The position numbers and the translations under genes were made by a program. Below, piece by piece: positions 26,175 to 38,189 of a stretch of 64,000 bases of DNA. The number at the start of each line of letters is the position of its first letter. The first letter of the stretch is position 1. Source of the stretch: Phoronis australis (taxonomy: Eukaryota; Animalia; Phoronida); assembly GCA_002633005.1 (NCBI GenBank), contig NMRA01000004.1:249501-313500 (forward strand), given 5' to 3'. The notes beneath the pieces were generated by a model. It was not told where the DNA came from and made no database searches. It was given only the letters and a program-made list of their open reading frames with translations.

Positions 26175-26411
26175 CTATTCAAACCAGACCTCAGCAGTGC
26201 ACTCTATGTAGTAGGAGGCTACTTGCACAGGCAGTTTCCACTTGGATGCGCGTAATTCAAGGATTTCCATCAGAGCACCTCTTGAAAATTCATCAATACT
26301 AGGGTCCAGTAAAGCATCACGAATCTTATTCACCAGTTCCATCATTTTGTTGGAGTTTTCGTTTTCAAGCATCGGTCCAACGTCCTGTAGTGTAGAATGT
26401 AGCAGCTCAAC
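26175..26411 (-). CDS. MIF4GD: MIF4GD-like terminal coding exon
   Basis: ttttag acceptor; VELLHSTLQDVGPMLE...LELRASKWKLPVQVASYY...stop. Confidence 0.88.
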   Translation of the reverse strand, partial: VELLHSTLQDVGPMLENENSNKMMELVNKIRDALLDPSIDEFSRGALMEILELRASKWKLPVQVASYYIECTAEVWFE

Positions 26412-29400
26412 CTAAAATTACAACGTATGAACAGCTTATGTCAGTAGTGGGAATGTTGCAGTACAATCTACCAATAAAGTTTCTTAATTACACACTCGGT
26501 CTAATACAGTTACCGCATAATGTATTAGTAATTACACACTCGGTCTAATACAGTTACTGCATAATGTATTAGTAATTACACACTCGGTCTAATACAGTTA
26601 CCGCATAATGTATTAGTAATTACACACTCGGTCTAATACAGTTACCGCATAATGTATTAGTAATTACACACTCGGTCTAATACAGTTACCGCATAATGTA
26701 TTAGTAATTACACACTCAGTCTAATACAGTTGCCGCATAATGTATTAGTTATGGCACCTACACTTGTTGTAAGTAGAAATTTGTGTTGAGACACCATCGA
26801 TGAAGGCTTATGCCAAAAGATCAGGTAATTTAAAACATAAATATATATTCCAATAGGGATTTTGTCTGCTAATTGACTTTTGTAAGCGCTTTTATTATTA
26901 TCCAGTGTTTTGTTTCACTCTTAATAACTAAGTGCAGTTATTCATTCATTGCAGCAACTTGTTGTTGGGCTATAGAATCAAACAAGTTGGGAAGTTTACC
27001 CCTGCAGCCAATATCTTCTGGCATTCGTGGTTGGAGTGCCAGCTCTCTTTTGCTCGATAATTGCTCTAATCTTCAAAAAGATCCTATCTAGCCTGACTGG
27101 GCTGTGCTGTTAAAAATAAAATCTTAGTTATAACATATTTGAACATAAACCAATAGCATTTCTGACATCCTCGTCTAATGGTGATCATGTTTAGTTTTTG
27201 AATCGCCAAAATCGCCCAACTGCAACCGAAGTTATGATAACCTATTCTTTCTTAATAAACCAATTCGCTCTGGGTTTGACGGTGTTCACACGTGGTCTGT
27301 AATAAGCCAGATAATTGGTGTGCCTGTTGTCATAACAGACAAAAGACTTTGCTTGGCAGTTAACAAAGAAGCGAGATGCCATCACACGCTCAGAACCCCC
27401 TTCATCTGGTAAAGTCACTGAACCGGAAAACGCTGTCATATTTCTATTTCTAATTAGGTTAATTGTGAAAATCCGTCTAAATCACCCACAACACCTGTGA
27501 ATGACAAAACATTTAGGAATAATGGTTTAGAGCACTAACACGCACTCTCATCGGTGCATCAAAATGTCATGCTATTTGAGGTTAATTCTTAATTATTTAC
27601 GTGAGGGAAATGCGGAATTATTTAGTGATGTTGACAACGGCATGATTTTTTTCTTTTTTTGGTCAGCAACCACTGACCTTTTGGCTATTTCAGTTTTCAT
27701 GGGAATTTCAATAAGCCTCATTTGGCCAGTTGGCCATAACCTAACCGTCAAGCACGGCAGCAAATATTCTCCAGAGTGGAACAGTCTGTAAAATTTAGTA
27801 TACATGAATTCAAGCAGAAATTCACTTTCCGTGATACTGAAGATTGGCACATTGTCAATTCTGGCATTCACCATATTTCTCAAATTTCCGACACCGCATT
27901 TTTGTATCAACAGAGTCTGAAAAAATAGACTCGACAGTTCATTAAATTGTCAAAAATAGTTTCTTTATTGAAATACTCACATATGGCCATAGGCCCACAG
28001 TATAACATATACGAGATAGTACATTTGTCGGGTGCGTTACAACCTGGGTAGTAAATTGTGACTCTTAAGAGCAGGGCAGACAAATTTTAAGAGCGAGGTA
28101 TCCGAAGTTCTCACGAGTAAGTGTCTAGCATCAAAGTGAATGATCGTTTATCACTGATCATTATTCTTAAATTTGGGATGGCCAATATTGCCTACTTCTA
28201 AAACTTGGAACAAGTGCTGACCTTGAGCAAAATAATTAATTTTCTCACTGTCCCAAACTGGAGAAATTTTACTGTTCTTATTTCAAACGGAGTGACGCCC
28301 AGAAATCTAGAGGATGACAGGAGGAGTACTCCAGACAGTTGATGGATCATCCATTTCATCTTGTTGCTGCCCATTCAACAAAATATTTGTGAACATTGTT
28401 AGGAGCTTGTTACATGATGAAATGCAATTCTAACACTCCATGATAGCAAGTAGCAGCAAATATTAAAGAAAACAACAATAGTTTTAAGTCGACTTGACAT
28501 GTTTCGGTGTCATTTATTCAAACACCATAATCAGAAAAGAGAATACAGTGGCCACCTAGCTAGGCCCAGCAACAAGTAATGAAGCACAGATACACTGCAG
28601 TCAGTTACAGGGAGTGACAATGAACTAGACCAACAATGACAACCTGTGGTGTGCCACTGCATTCTCTCTTCTGATGATGGTGTTTGAATAAATGACACCG
28701 AAACATGTCAAGTCGACTTAAAACCAGTGTTTTCTTTTCACTCACCATATCAAAGCTACCAAGGCACTCAGGAGTACAGAGAATGTGTAAGGCATCATAG
28801 AGATTCCAATTCAGCATTTGCAACCCCCCACTACCACATATCAGATAGGTGTAAGCCTTGGCGAGAAACTTGACAAAGGACATGAATCCCTCCAGAGAAT
28901 GTTTACGGAATACTTCCTGTTTCTTCATCAGGAGTGAACATGTGGTGGTGACGCCATTACGGAAATTGTTTGCCGGAATGATGTCATTGGCCTCCAGCTG
29001 GTTTTCTTTCTGAAGATATAATTTTCGATTAGATATTCAGTTTTAGAATTCCTTAATGTAGTCATAGTAGAGATCTACCCTGAGAGTTATTATGCTAGCA
29101 ACGGCTTAAGCATCTGCCTCATTTAATTGTTAATTACCACCAAACATCCACTGGCTGGCAATAAAAAAACGGTATGGTTGTTTTGAAATAGATATAAAGC
29201 TGGTTTCCCACTGATCAAATCAGAGTAAAAGAGTGGTGCTACATTTCTTAGATAATTAAAATAAGCTTTTGCATAAAACTGACAACACTTTCACCGAATT
29301 TCACGAGTAGCAATTGCAGTAAACACCTGGTCTCACTCACATGAACTCTCATCAAACATACGTGAAAACTTAACTGTGGTACACATGTTTACTGCAGTGG

Positions 29401-31837
29401 ATCAAGCTTTCCCAAGTGTTACACGCCTGTCACTACAGTTAATGTCCGTTTCCACAGAAGATAATCCCCTTGTGGCACACACCAGTTTCACTCCAAAATG
29501 GTATTATAACATGATGTAAGCGATATTTATTGAGGATAAAATTAAGAGATACATTATCTTAAAATACATCACTCAAAGACATATATGTTATCATTGAAAA
29601 TAATGCATTTATTAAATAAGGAGTACTAAGTTTTGAGTAGTTTTCAAAACAAACTATAAACTATCATTATTGTACACTATTCCAAGATTTACCTTGAATA
29701 TAACTTGACACATTTTAGCAGCCGTATCATAGTAACACCTGTCCTCCCAAGCCCTGTTTATGATGACCTCGGCAACCATTTGAAGCTGTCGGCCAGATAT
29801 ACTTGAGGGACCTTCAAACACAAAATTCACACAAATTGAATTATGTTTCTAGCAACTGGAGAAATCTCTACAGAACTACACTGTCAGCGATGGTTTTTGT
29901 TCATCACATTACAGCATTCTCCCCTTGAGTCCAACTTATTCGGTAGTATAACACGTACAACAACAAGTTGGGCCCATGACCACTGTAGCCAATCTCTTAC
30001 AGGACTGGCATTTAAGGTTGGAGGGTCAGCTCTCTTTTGTTCGATAATTGCCTTCAATCTCCAATATGATCCTATATGGCTTGACTGAGCTGTGCTGTTA
30101 AAAATAAAAGTTAAGTTATAAAATGTTTGAACATAAATCAATAACATTTCTGAATTACTGGACAAATGCTGATCACGTTTAGTTTTTGAATCACCAAAAT
30201 CGGCCAATTACAACCGAAGTTAAGACAATCTATTCTGTCCAAATATACCAAACTGGGTTGGACTGTGTTCACATGTGGTAGGTAATAGGTAATAAGCGTG
30301 CTTAGATAATTGGCCTGCATGTTGTCATACCAGACAAGACTGTGCTCAGCAGTTAACAAAGGAGCTAGATGTTATCAAAGGCTCACAACCACTCTGTCTG
30401 GTAAAGTCACTGAACTGGAGAATGCCCCAATGATGTTAACACAAATGGACTAGAAGAAAGTCTTATGGCAAACGTCAATAAAACAATTATCTTCAAAGGC
30501 ACATTTCCTCCTTTCAAAGCAACGTCATTGCATTCTTACCAATTGTTTCAATTAAAGTTGGCTGGTACAATAAAACGATAAAACGCCTGGAATTCCCATG
30601 AAGGTTACAGCAGTTCTGCAACTGAAACTTACTTGCCAGTCCAAGCAAACATGATGAGCCAGGTATGAGCCAATAACGAAGTAATTATTTCAAGAAAACC
30701 TTTCATGACAGTGTTTACCAGTTAGTGACTTTACCAGACATAGAGGGTTGTGAGCGTGTGATGACATCCAGCTTCTTTGTTAACTGCCAAGCACTGTCTT
30801 TTTGTCTGGTATGACAACAGAGGCACGCCAATTATCTACCAGGCTTATTACAGACCATGTGTGAACACTGGCAAACCCACAGCAAATTGGTGTGTTTGGA
30901 AAGAATAGTTTGTGGTAACTTCGGTTGCAGTTGGGCGATTTTGGCAATTCAAAAACTAAACATGATCACGTACCATTTCACGAGGATTTCAGAAACGATA
31001 TTGGTTTAAATTATGCTCAAATATCAAATATGTTATAACTTAACTTTTATTTTTAACAGCACAGCCCAGTCAGGCTAGATACCATCTTATTGGAGATTAG
31101 AGCAATTATTGAACAAAAGAGAGCTGGCCCTCCAACCATAAATTCCAGAATGGAGTTAATCAGTCGTGTAAGATATTGGCTACAGAGGTGTTCGTCCCCT
31201 CTTGTTGTTGGGCTACAGAATAGAACAAGTTGGGAGCAACAGGGAAAACGCTATAATGTTTAATCTACGCCAGAAAAAATATCGGGTTGATTTAATAACA
31301 GTAAGTGTTATTTGACAGATCAAGCAGATTAATGCACCTTTGAATAAAGCTGTTACCTTATTACGTGAGCAGACGATACACCCCTAATTTTCCGTTAGAC
31401 TAAAAAGGCCACTCGAGTATTTTTGAGTGTTTCAGCTGGCATTTGTCCAGTTGTCACAAATTTTTCATTGAGGTGTTCCGATTTTTCATTCTAGACTGTT
31501 TCGTTGTCTGCAGGCCAGGACCAGCGTACCCCCAACATGTACGGTTTCCTTGTTTTGACAAGCTCATTTCTCATTTGGCAAGATGGGAATTTGCGAGGTC
31601 ATTGGTACTTGACAAGTTTGACATTATAGTAAGTGTTGAGCCCTGTTTAAATTCGAGTCTGAACTTGAAGTCTTAAGTTTTTACTTGAGTTTAAACCTTG
31701 AGTCTGGGTGTCGTCAAGCGCAAACATGAGCTACACACATAATGTACTCGAGCACAGTAAATAAGCACTTGTTTTGAGTTCATATTTGAGTGACACGGAA
31801 AATGTTTATTATTATTATCATTACTATTGTTATTATC

Positions 31838-31870
<33 letters not shown>

Positions 31871-34800
31871 GCTACTACTACTGTTATTATTATTGTTGTT
31901 GTTGTTGTTGTTGTTATTATTAAGATTTAACACCCCAGCCCCAGGTTTTCCTATTTTATTATACAATTATGGTCTGAAATCCAACACATTGATCTTGGTA
32001 AAGGTCAATACGTTGGATTTCAGACCTCAATAATGTGAACACTTGGATTAGAATTGATTTGTGTGCTCGGTAGAAGTTACAGATCATTATTGCTGAAGGC
32101 CAGACTCAGTAACTTGGTCTGTTTCAGACAACTCAATTAACAACGGCACCAAGCATGACTTCAAGGAATAACACGTTCTCCGTTCTTCACAGAAATCTGT
32201 TTAATCAGAGTCAGTGGAAAAAGTTGAGACCAGTTTTATCACTAGTCTAAATTAAAATCAGTGCTTTTAACAAGAAGATGGCTTCATAGCTGCCTCAAAG
32301 CCACAATTCATACTTTCTAATGCATCCTTGATGAAAGGCTGGGCTTCAACCAAGTAATTCTCAAGATTGACATCTTGCATAGTCAGATCAACCTCATCAT
32401 CTAGACGTGACCCTGGTTCTTGTGACGTCATGGTCTTCTCCATCACGCTCTTTTTCTCTCGTTTATCTACACAGAACAGCTGCTTGCCACGCCCTAATTG
32501 AGTAGAATAGAAATATTTTATGCAAGGTAACTGTATTTATGGTATTTAATTTTAACATGAACATGAAACAGAATTTAGAAAGTACAAGAATGGTATAGGA
32601 AACTTTACCCATGGTTCAAACACTGAACACGTTTGTAAGGGCTTATTCAAAAAAATTAGTGACAAATAACAATTACTTTGAAAAACAGAGAGCAGCATTG
32701 TTTCACCTTTAAATTCAACTTGCAATAAAAGTTTCCAGTCTTTATTTGAAACACATTTGTTCTATCTTGATCGAACAATGGCAAGCAATAGAATATTTTG
32801 TTATTTCTAAAATTTCCACACGACATCTTGTGCTGCTCAGCTGGGTTCATTTCCAATGACCAGTTTCCATATGAAGGGAACATTCTGTTTGAATCCTATC
32901 CAAAGATTCAATGCATGTTAAAAACTACACATTGATCCATTTTGCAATACAATTCTACAGAAGGGTTTCATAACGGATTCAAGTTTGTTGGGTTGAAATG
33001 ACTGTCCAAAGATTTGTTTGATCAATTTTACTCAGCACATAAAATAAGCACATTTCAAGGTTTGAAACAACTAGAAAAGGGTTATATTAGGGAAAACTCT
33101 TCTCAGGTAATTTTTTTCACAGTTGTCCTCCAATTATTGAACCATTTTAATTGTTAAAATTCTATAGAAAATGGGGATCTGAGTTTGAGTTCCTGCTAAG
33201 CGCAACCTAAAAGGTAGTGAGCCAAGTACATTGACACCTATTCGTTGCACCACCTCTGGTGTGGCCTAACCAAAGGTAGTAATAGTTTCTCATTAAATGT
33301 TACTTATTTCATTACTCAGTGAATAACATTGAGTGAGATAATATGGCACGATAAAGTTTGCACTTTGCCCCTATATCGTGCCTATGTCGCAATGACGGGT
33401 ATAATGGTCACATACAAGGATAACGGTCACATACAAGTGTCCTGAATTTTGATAACCAGTATTCACCACGGAATAACCGACCCCTGTAGAGTGACTATTG
33501 CCCACCAATGGGTAGCCCCTACAGGCCATCCAGTGTCACTGATGAAGCTACAGCATACAGTACATAACACTATTTTGACTGTGAAACAAACTTAGGGGAT
33601 TCAGGGAATATACACCGGACATACTATTATCACTGGCTCTGCTTCTGTCCACCAAAAGGGTGGAAAATGAAATCAAACATCTTAATTCTTCAGGCAACTC
33701 TTATCCTAATACTGTCAGATTAAAGTACAATAAAGAGTATTTGAGCAGAAGAACTTGTAGTTTTCTGATGGGGGGGTTGGGACTTTCAGCTGGCACAGGA
33801 ATTGAAACTCCATTGAAGCTCAACTGGAGATTCAATTTAGATTCAATTGAAGTTTTTTTCCCATGTAAATGAATTGATTCAATTCATTAGCATATTCAAT
33901 AACCAATCAACCAGAATTCAATAGCCATTCAATAGCCATTCAATTCTCTATGCAGTACAGAATCAGTTGAATTTCATATAACAATTCAATAGCCGTTCAA
34001 AGGCCATTCATTTTTTCTAACTACAAAGAATAAATCGAATTTCAAGTATTTTCTATACAAAATTAACTCCTTCAAAACTAAGATGTATTGTTGTGAAGCT
34101 CTTCAAGTTCATGAAGCCAAAATAAAATTTCACTTCCCTCAATCAAACATGCACATGCATGATCTGATGTCAGAATTTCAAGACACAATCATAGAAGCGT
34201 GTTTTTAAGTCTCAAGTAATTTAAGTAAACGAAATGTTAGGTCAAAACATGATTAACTGATAGTTGTTTTGGCAACTACGTGCACAGTAACCCAAATCAT
34301 TTTGATATCTGTGCCACTAATTAACTTCCATCATAGATACTCATATAGTCTATGCTTTCACAACCTTGATCAGCTGAATCCGAAAAAAAAACACTTCCAT
34401 TTCGTTTGGAAGACTAAAGCCACTCATTCATTTAACTTAATGTTACTTAACAATCAAATTGACATAAATACAATGTTGAAATCAAAATTCACCAATTAAT
34501 CTATGCAGGTTCACGTGTTTAAAATAAACATTTCAAGACAGTTTGCTGGTAACGCTCCCAGGCAGTTCAGCTGGACTAGTATAAAATAAACATTATACAT
34601 CCAAAGGCTTGTGGGCATGCAGAGTTCAATTAATGTACATAAAATATCACCAGTTTAGGAGACAATATTTGTGGACAGGTGAAATTTTACTTTGTTATCA
34701 TGCAGTAACAACTGGCAGGTTTTGCTATTCAGTTTTCGGGACAAAGTCACACTCTCGTGTGAAGACCCTCCAATTATCATAACCTTTAGGATTTAATAGA

Positions 34801-35752
34801 AAAACAAAGAATCAAAACTACAGTTGCTAGCGACTTCTTAATAACTGACTCATCGAGCAAAATCTCCGTATGCATATATGATCTGGTGCAATTTTTTCAA
34901 AAGCATGCCTGCTATGATGGGCAAAACTGTCTTGTTTAAAATCAAACCATCCAGAAATTCCTGAGATTCAATAGCTATTCAATACAGAACAGCTAGAAAT
35001 TCTCTAAGTGCTGAAATTCAATTGCCATTCAATGGCCATTCAATTGACTGCATAACCAGGTTCTGGAGGGCAATGCAAATTGAATTTTCATTCAGTACAC
35101 ATATTCAATAGAAATTCAATTTTCTATTGAATTTCAACAGAATCTCAATCAGAATCTCAATTGCAACTTCTCCTTTTCGTAGGCCTCCAGTGTCACTGCA
35201 GGCCTTTGCCAACTCCGGACGGTCCATCACGACAATCAATAATGTTATGAACTTACTGGAAAACTTCAGACAAGTGCAGAGTGTCAATATCAATAAGTGA
35301 ACAGCTGGTAACTTAGAGAACATAGTTACTTGATATTATAGTCAAAGCATAGAGAGGATTCATGGGCGGATCCAGGATTTTGAGTAAGGGGGCCAGGGCA
35401 GAGTATTAGCCAGGATTTTGCCTGTCAGATAAAGGCACTCCCGAACTGCCCCATGGAATCTTGGAGAATTTTAGGGGGGGGCATGGCCCCCTTGGCCCCC
35501 CTCTAAATCCGCCACTGGGATTGAACACCATGAACCTGGCAACTCAAAACGCCTTTTCTCATCCAGTGCAGCAGCGGCAGTGTTGTTTGAGCTCTTTGAA
35601 CCATCACTATCAGCACTGCTGTTTAGTTCTTGCCAACTGTCATTATGCAATCGATTTTCCTGGTGCTTCTGTATAAGACGGATGAAACCATGCTGCATAT
35701 TCAGTCCCGGTGAAACTTTCGGTGGTTCGTAGCCGTTTGAAAACAGTGGCAT
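26175..35752 (-). CDS. MIF4GD: MIF4G domain protein of the MIF4GD/SLIP1-CTIF family, 338 aa, 5 coding exons
   Basis: Exons 35752-35536, 32493-32314, 29811-29693, 29009-28746 and 26411-26175 join in frame (1017 nt). Motifs VAEVIINRAWED...AAKMCQVI, FRNG, YDAL..LCTPECL, MMELVNKIRD and LMEILELRASKWK...YY parallel vertebrate MIF4GD/CTIF. Confidence 0.82.
26488..26749. repeat. 44-bp minisatellite, 6 copies
   Basis: Unit attacacactcggtctaatacagttaccgcataatgtattagta. Confidence 0.95.
27030..27425 (+). repeat. About 400-bp dispersed repeat, copy 1
   Basis: Aligns by eye with 30017-30412 (direct) and 30725-31137 (inverted); shared gctgtgctgttaaaaataaaa, tttagtttttgaa and ctggtaaagtcact. Confidence 0.85.
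28465..28738. ncRNA. Inverted repeat carrying Penelope-type minimal hammerhead ribozyme motifs
   Basis: Arms 28481-28552 / 28653-28724. Plus arm: CTGATGA(28671) T GGTGT loop ACACC GAAA(28700) CATGTC AAG; the minus arm is the same except CTGATTA. Confidence 0.55.
28746..29009 (-). CDS. MIF4GD: MIF4GD-like coding exon 4
   Basis: 264 nt, phase 0-0, tcttcag acceptor, gtgagt donor. Confidence 0.85.
29693..29811 (-). CDS. MIF4GD: MIF4GD-like coding exon 3
   Basis: 119 nt, SPSSISGRQLQMVAEVIINRAWEDRCYYDTAAKMCQVIFK, donor gtaaat. Confidence 0.85.
30017..30412 (+). repeat. About 400-bp dispersed repeat, copy 2
   Basis: Same landmark motifs as copy 1. Confidence 0.85.
30725..31137 (-). repeat. About 400-bp dispersed repeat, copy 3 (inverted)
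   Basis: Reverse-complement landmarks agtgactttaccag, ttcaaaaactaaa and ttttatttttaacagcacagc. Confidence 0.85.
31805..31921. repeat. Compound (TTA)n/(TTG)n/(CTA)n microsatellite
   Basis: Direct reading; it generates the spurious poly-N and poly-L ORFs. Confidence 0.95.
32314..32493 (-). CDS. MIF4GD: MIF4GD-like coding exon 2
   Basis: 180 nt, phase 1-1, GRGKQLF...QPFIKDALE, donor gtatga. Confidence 0.78.
33800..35185. mobile_element. Probable DNA-transposon relic with ATTCAAT(AGCC) subterminal repeat clusters
   Basis: Dense ATTCAAT/ATTGAA motifs at 33800-34010 and 34965-35165 bracket an AT-rich core. Confidence 0.45.
35361..35517. mobile_element. Short hAT-like MITE
   Basis: catgggcggatcc ... 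aatccgccactg termini with a GGATT duplication; a similar end occurs at about 20380-20395. Confidence 0.55.
35536..35752 (-). CDS. MIF4GD: MIF4GD-like coding exon 1
   Basis: ttgcag acceptor at 35761-35762, GCCATGC start, donor CAG|gttcat, phase 1 matches the next exon. Confidence 0.65.
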
Positions 35753-38189
35753 GGCGAGAGCTGCAACATAAAGAAACTAGAGCAGGACGTCAACAGTTAT
35801 GTTGTTACCCAAGGCTTTACTACAACAATGATGGCATCAAGATGTAAAGAAAGGTTTACTTAAAAAGTCAGGAACATGATGAGGTTGCACGAATTTCTCA
35901 GGGAACAAAGCCAGGCACGTAACTTGTCTGCTAACTTACAAACTTGCCAAATTTTGTCGACTGCACGCTCTCTTGCGGGAAATACGCTACAGTACTTAAA
36001 AGTGCTGCGCTCTATTGTCTAAACTTGAAGCTGCATTACAGCCTGCGCATTGCTTAGTTGCTAAAAACGAAGATTACTTCCAAATCGGACTCACAGCAAT
36101 CCCTACAGTGAAGGGAGTTTATTTCCGTTTCTAAAAAGACGAAACCGTCCACGACTCAAGAACACATTTCGGAGTTTGTTGGGATTGACCAACTCCTTAG
36201 CAACGGATGCCTCAGTACTAGTACAATAGCAAACTCTTTGTAAGGTATTACTACGACAATAAAAAACTAAAAAAATTGACGAGTCCGCAACTAATATAGA
36301 CTGTGACCGCTGGCTCTGGCTGTCCCCAGTAGAAACGGTGAGCTCCTATAGGAGCTCCTAGGAGCTTCATACGCCGGAAGCTTTTCCACGCGGCGAGTTA
36401 TGCCTCCACACTGGCATCAAAGTCGCGCTGTGTTAAGTACCTTTTGCGCATAGAGGGCCTTAGGAGGCCGTCCTTCCAACTCGAACAGATATTTCCGTAA
36501 TCAAACTCTTTTTCAAGCAGTCCTTCGTTCAGTTGCCTAAATCTGCAACTGACCATTTTTACACTGCACGGGACCCATTTGATAAGACTAAAAGGCCGAA
36601 TTTGATTTTTTTCGTTTTTTAGCATACTAAACTGGGCGAAACGCAATTCACTTGTTTTTTTTACCCTTTTCACATTTTCCAGCTAATGACAATAAACTTT
36701 TCATTCCACCCGCTACAGCTAAGCATGAATCTGCAATATAATTTTTCTTTCACAATTTCCATTGGCCGGGCAAGGCGGTCATCGAACTTTCTCAGACATC
36801 GTTTCTAACACTAACAACTGAAAGGTCTTCGTAGTGATCTACAATAAGTATGCCGGGGAAGTCATTAATTTCATAATAGCGAAATCGTACAAGATATTTT
36901 ATATCTGTGAGAAGAATCACCGCGTTGATTCTGGAATTACCGGCGACCTCGTTCCTTGAAATCACCGTGTCAGTGATTTTAAGAATCACCGAGCAGGGTA
37001 ATTTTAATGTGCTTAAAATTGTCAGCATCATGAAACATCCCCTTATAACACTGCATGTAACAACCCTGAATTCAATATCCCAAAAAGGAGAAAATGGAAG
37101 TAAAGCCACTTCAGTTGAAAGTTTCTTAGCTCCACAGACATGAGTGTGACGCATGAACGTCAGCGTCAACGTGTAATGTCCATCAACACGCGAGGTTTCT
37201 TGTACAAATATGTGCCACATCTGCGCTTCTCCGGTGTCTCGAGGAAGTGAAGAGTCGCAGCGAGGTCAATTACTAAGTTGTCACAACCGCTACCATCGGA
37301 CCGCCTCGACATTCTTTATCATGACATAAACCTCGGAAAAATGAACTGCAATATCTGACGACTTTTCCCACTAAACACTATTGAGGATGACTTTCTTGTG
37401 GTTGTCCCGATTTCTCGTATCTAATAATTAACATATCGTCAGATAGTGTTTGCGGGTGTTCTTATTTGACAGCTGGTCGGACTAGTGGGGTTGTTTCAGG
37501 TGTTTATGATATGAAATTTGTCATTTTAAGCTGACTTTAAAAACCACAACTGTGGTTGCAAATGTAGAAGAAAGAAATTAGATATCGGATAAGCATTTAC
37601 GATAAAAATTCAAAACTTTGTGAAAACTCGTAATATATTTTCTAGTTTCTTTCAAATAATTCAAAACTTACATAAAATGCCAAAACACTAGAATTCAGCA
37701 ACTTTAAATTTTTTTTTGAGGAATCTCACGAGACTGATTTAAATGAAATTCAATTTTCGTGTTTAAGTCACCTCTCTACCGTCTGACACAGCGCCACTTA
37801 TACTTTCGTAGCACAGTGAAAGAGTGTAATCACCTCTCTTAATTTCAACTACGTTCCACCAAACCCCATTAGTGGTCCAAATTCCACAACCTGTTCCTGA
37901 ATAAAACTTTGCCCATTAGGTTGACAAAAAGTACGCTCTAGTTTGTATTTTACACACCAACACCATTACCCTTTGACATTATAGGGCAAATTTTTTATGC
38001 ACCATTAATCTTTTAAAAATAGTACGTTTAAATCATAGTGGCGTTACAGTTACAGTCCTCCTTTTAACCTTTCAAATTCAAAATCTGGAAGTTCTAAGCG
38101 GTGCAGTTTAAAAATGGGAAACTTCATTTTGAGTCTGATTGCAAGCCGGAGCAGGGGAAACTTGAGACATTCTTCGCTGCAGGTCTTAA

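Noticed and set aside
31691-32033. Poly-Asn and poly-Leu ORFs
   Set aside because: Translation of a trinucleotide microsatellite.
36792-37220. 142-aa minus-strand ORF upstream of MIF4GD
   Set aside because: No recognisable domain; it overlaps short gaatcaccg repeats and is probably promoter or repeat sequence.
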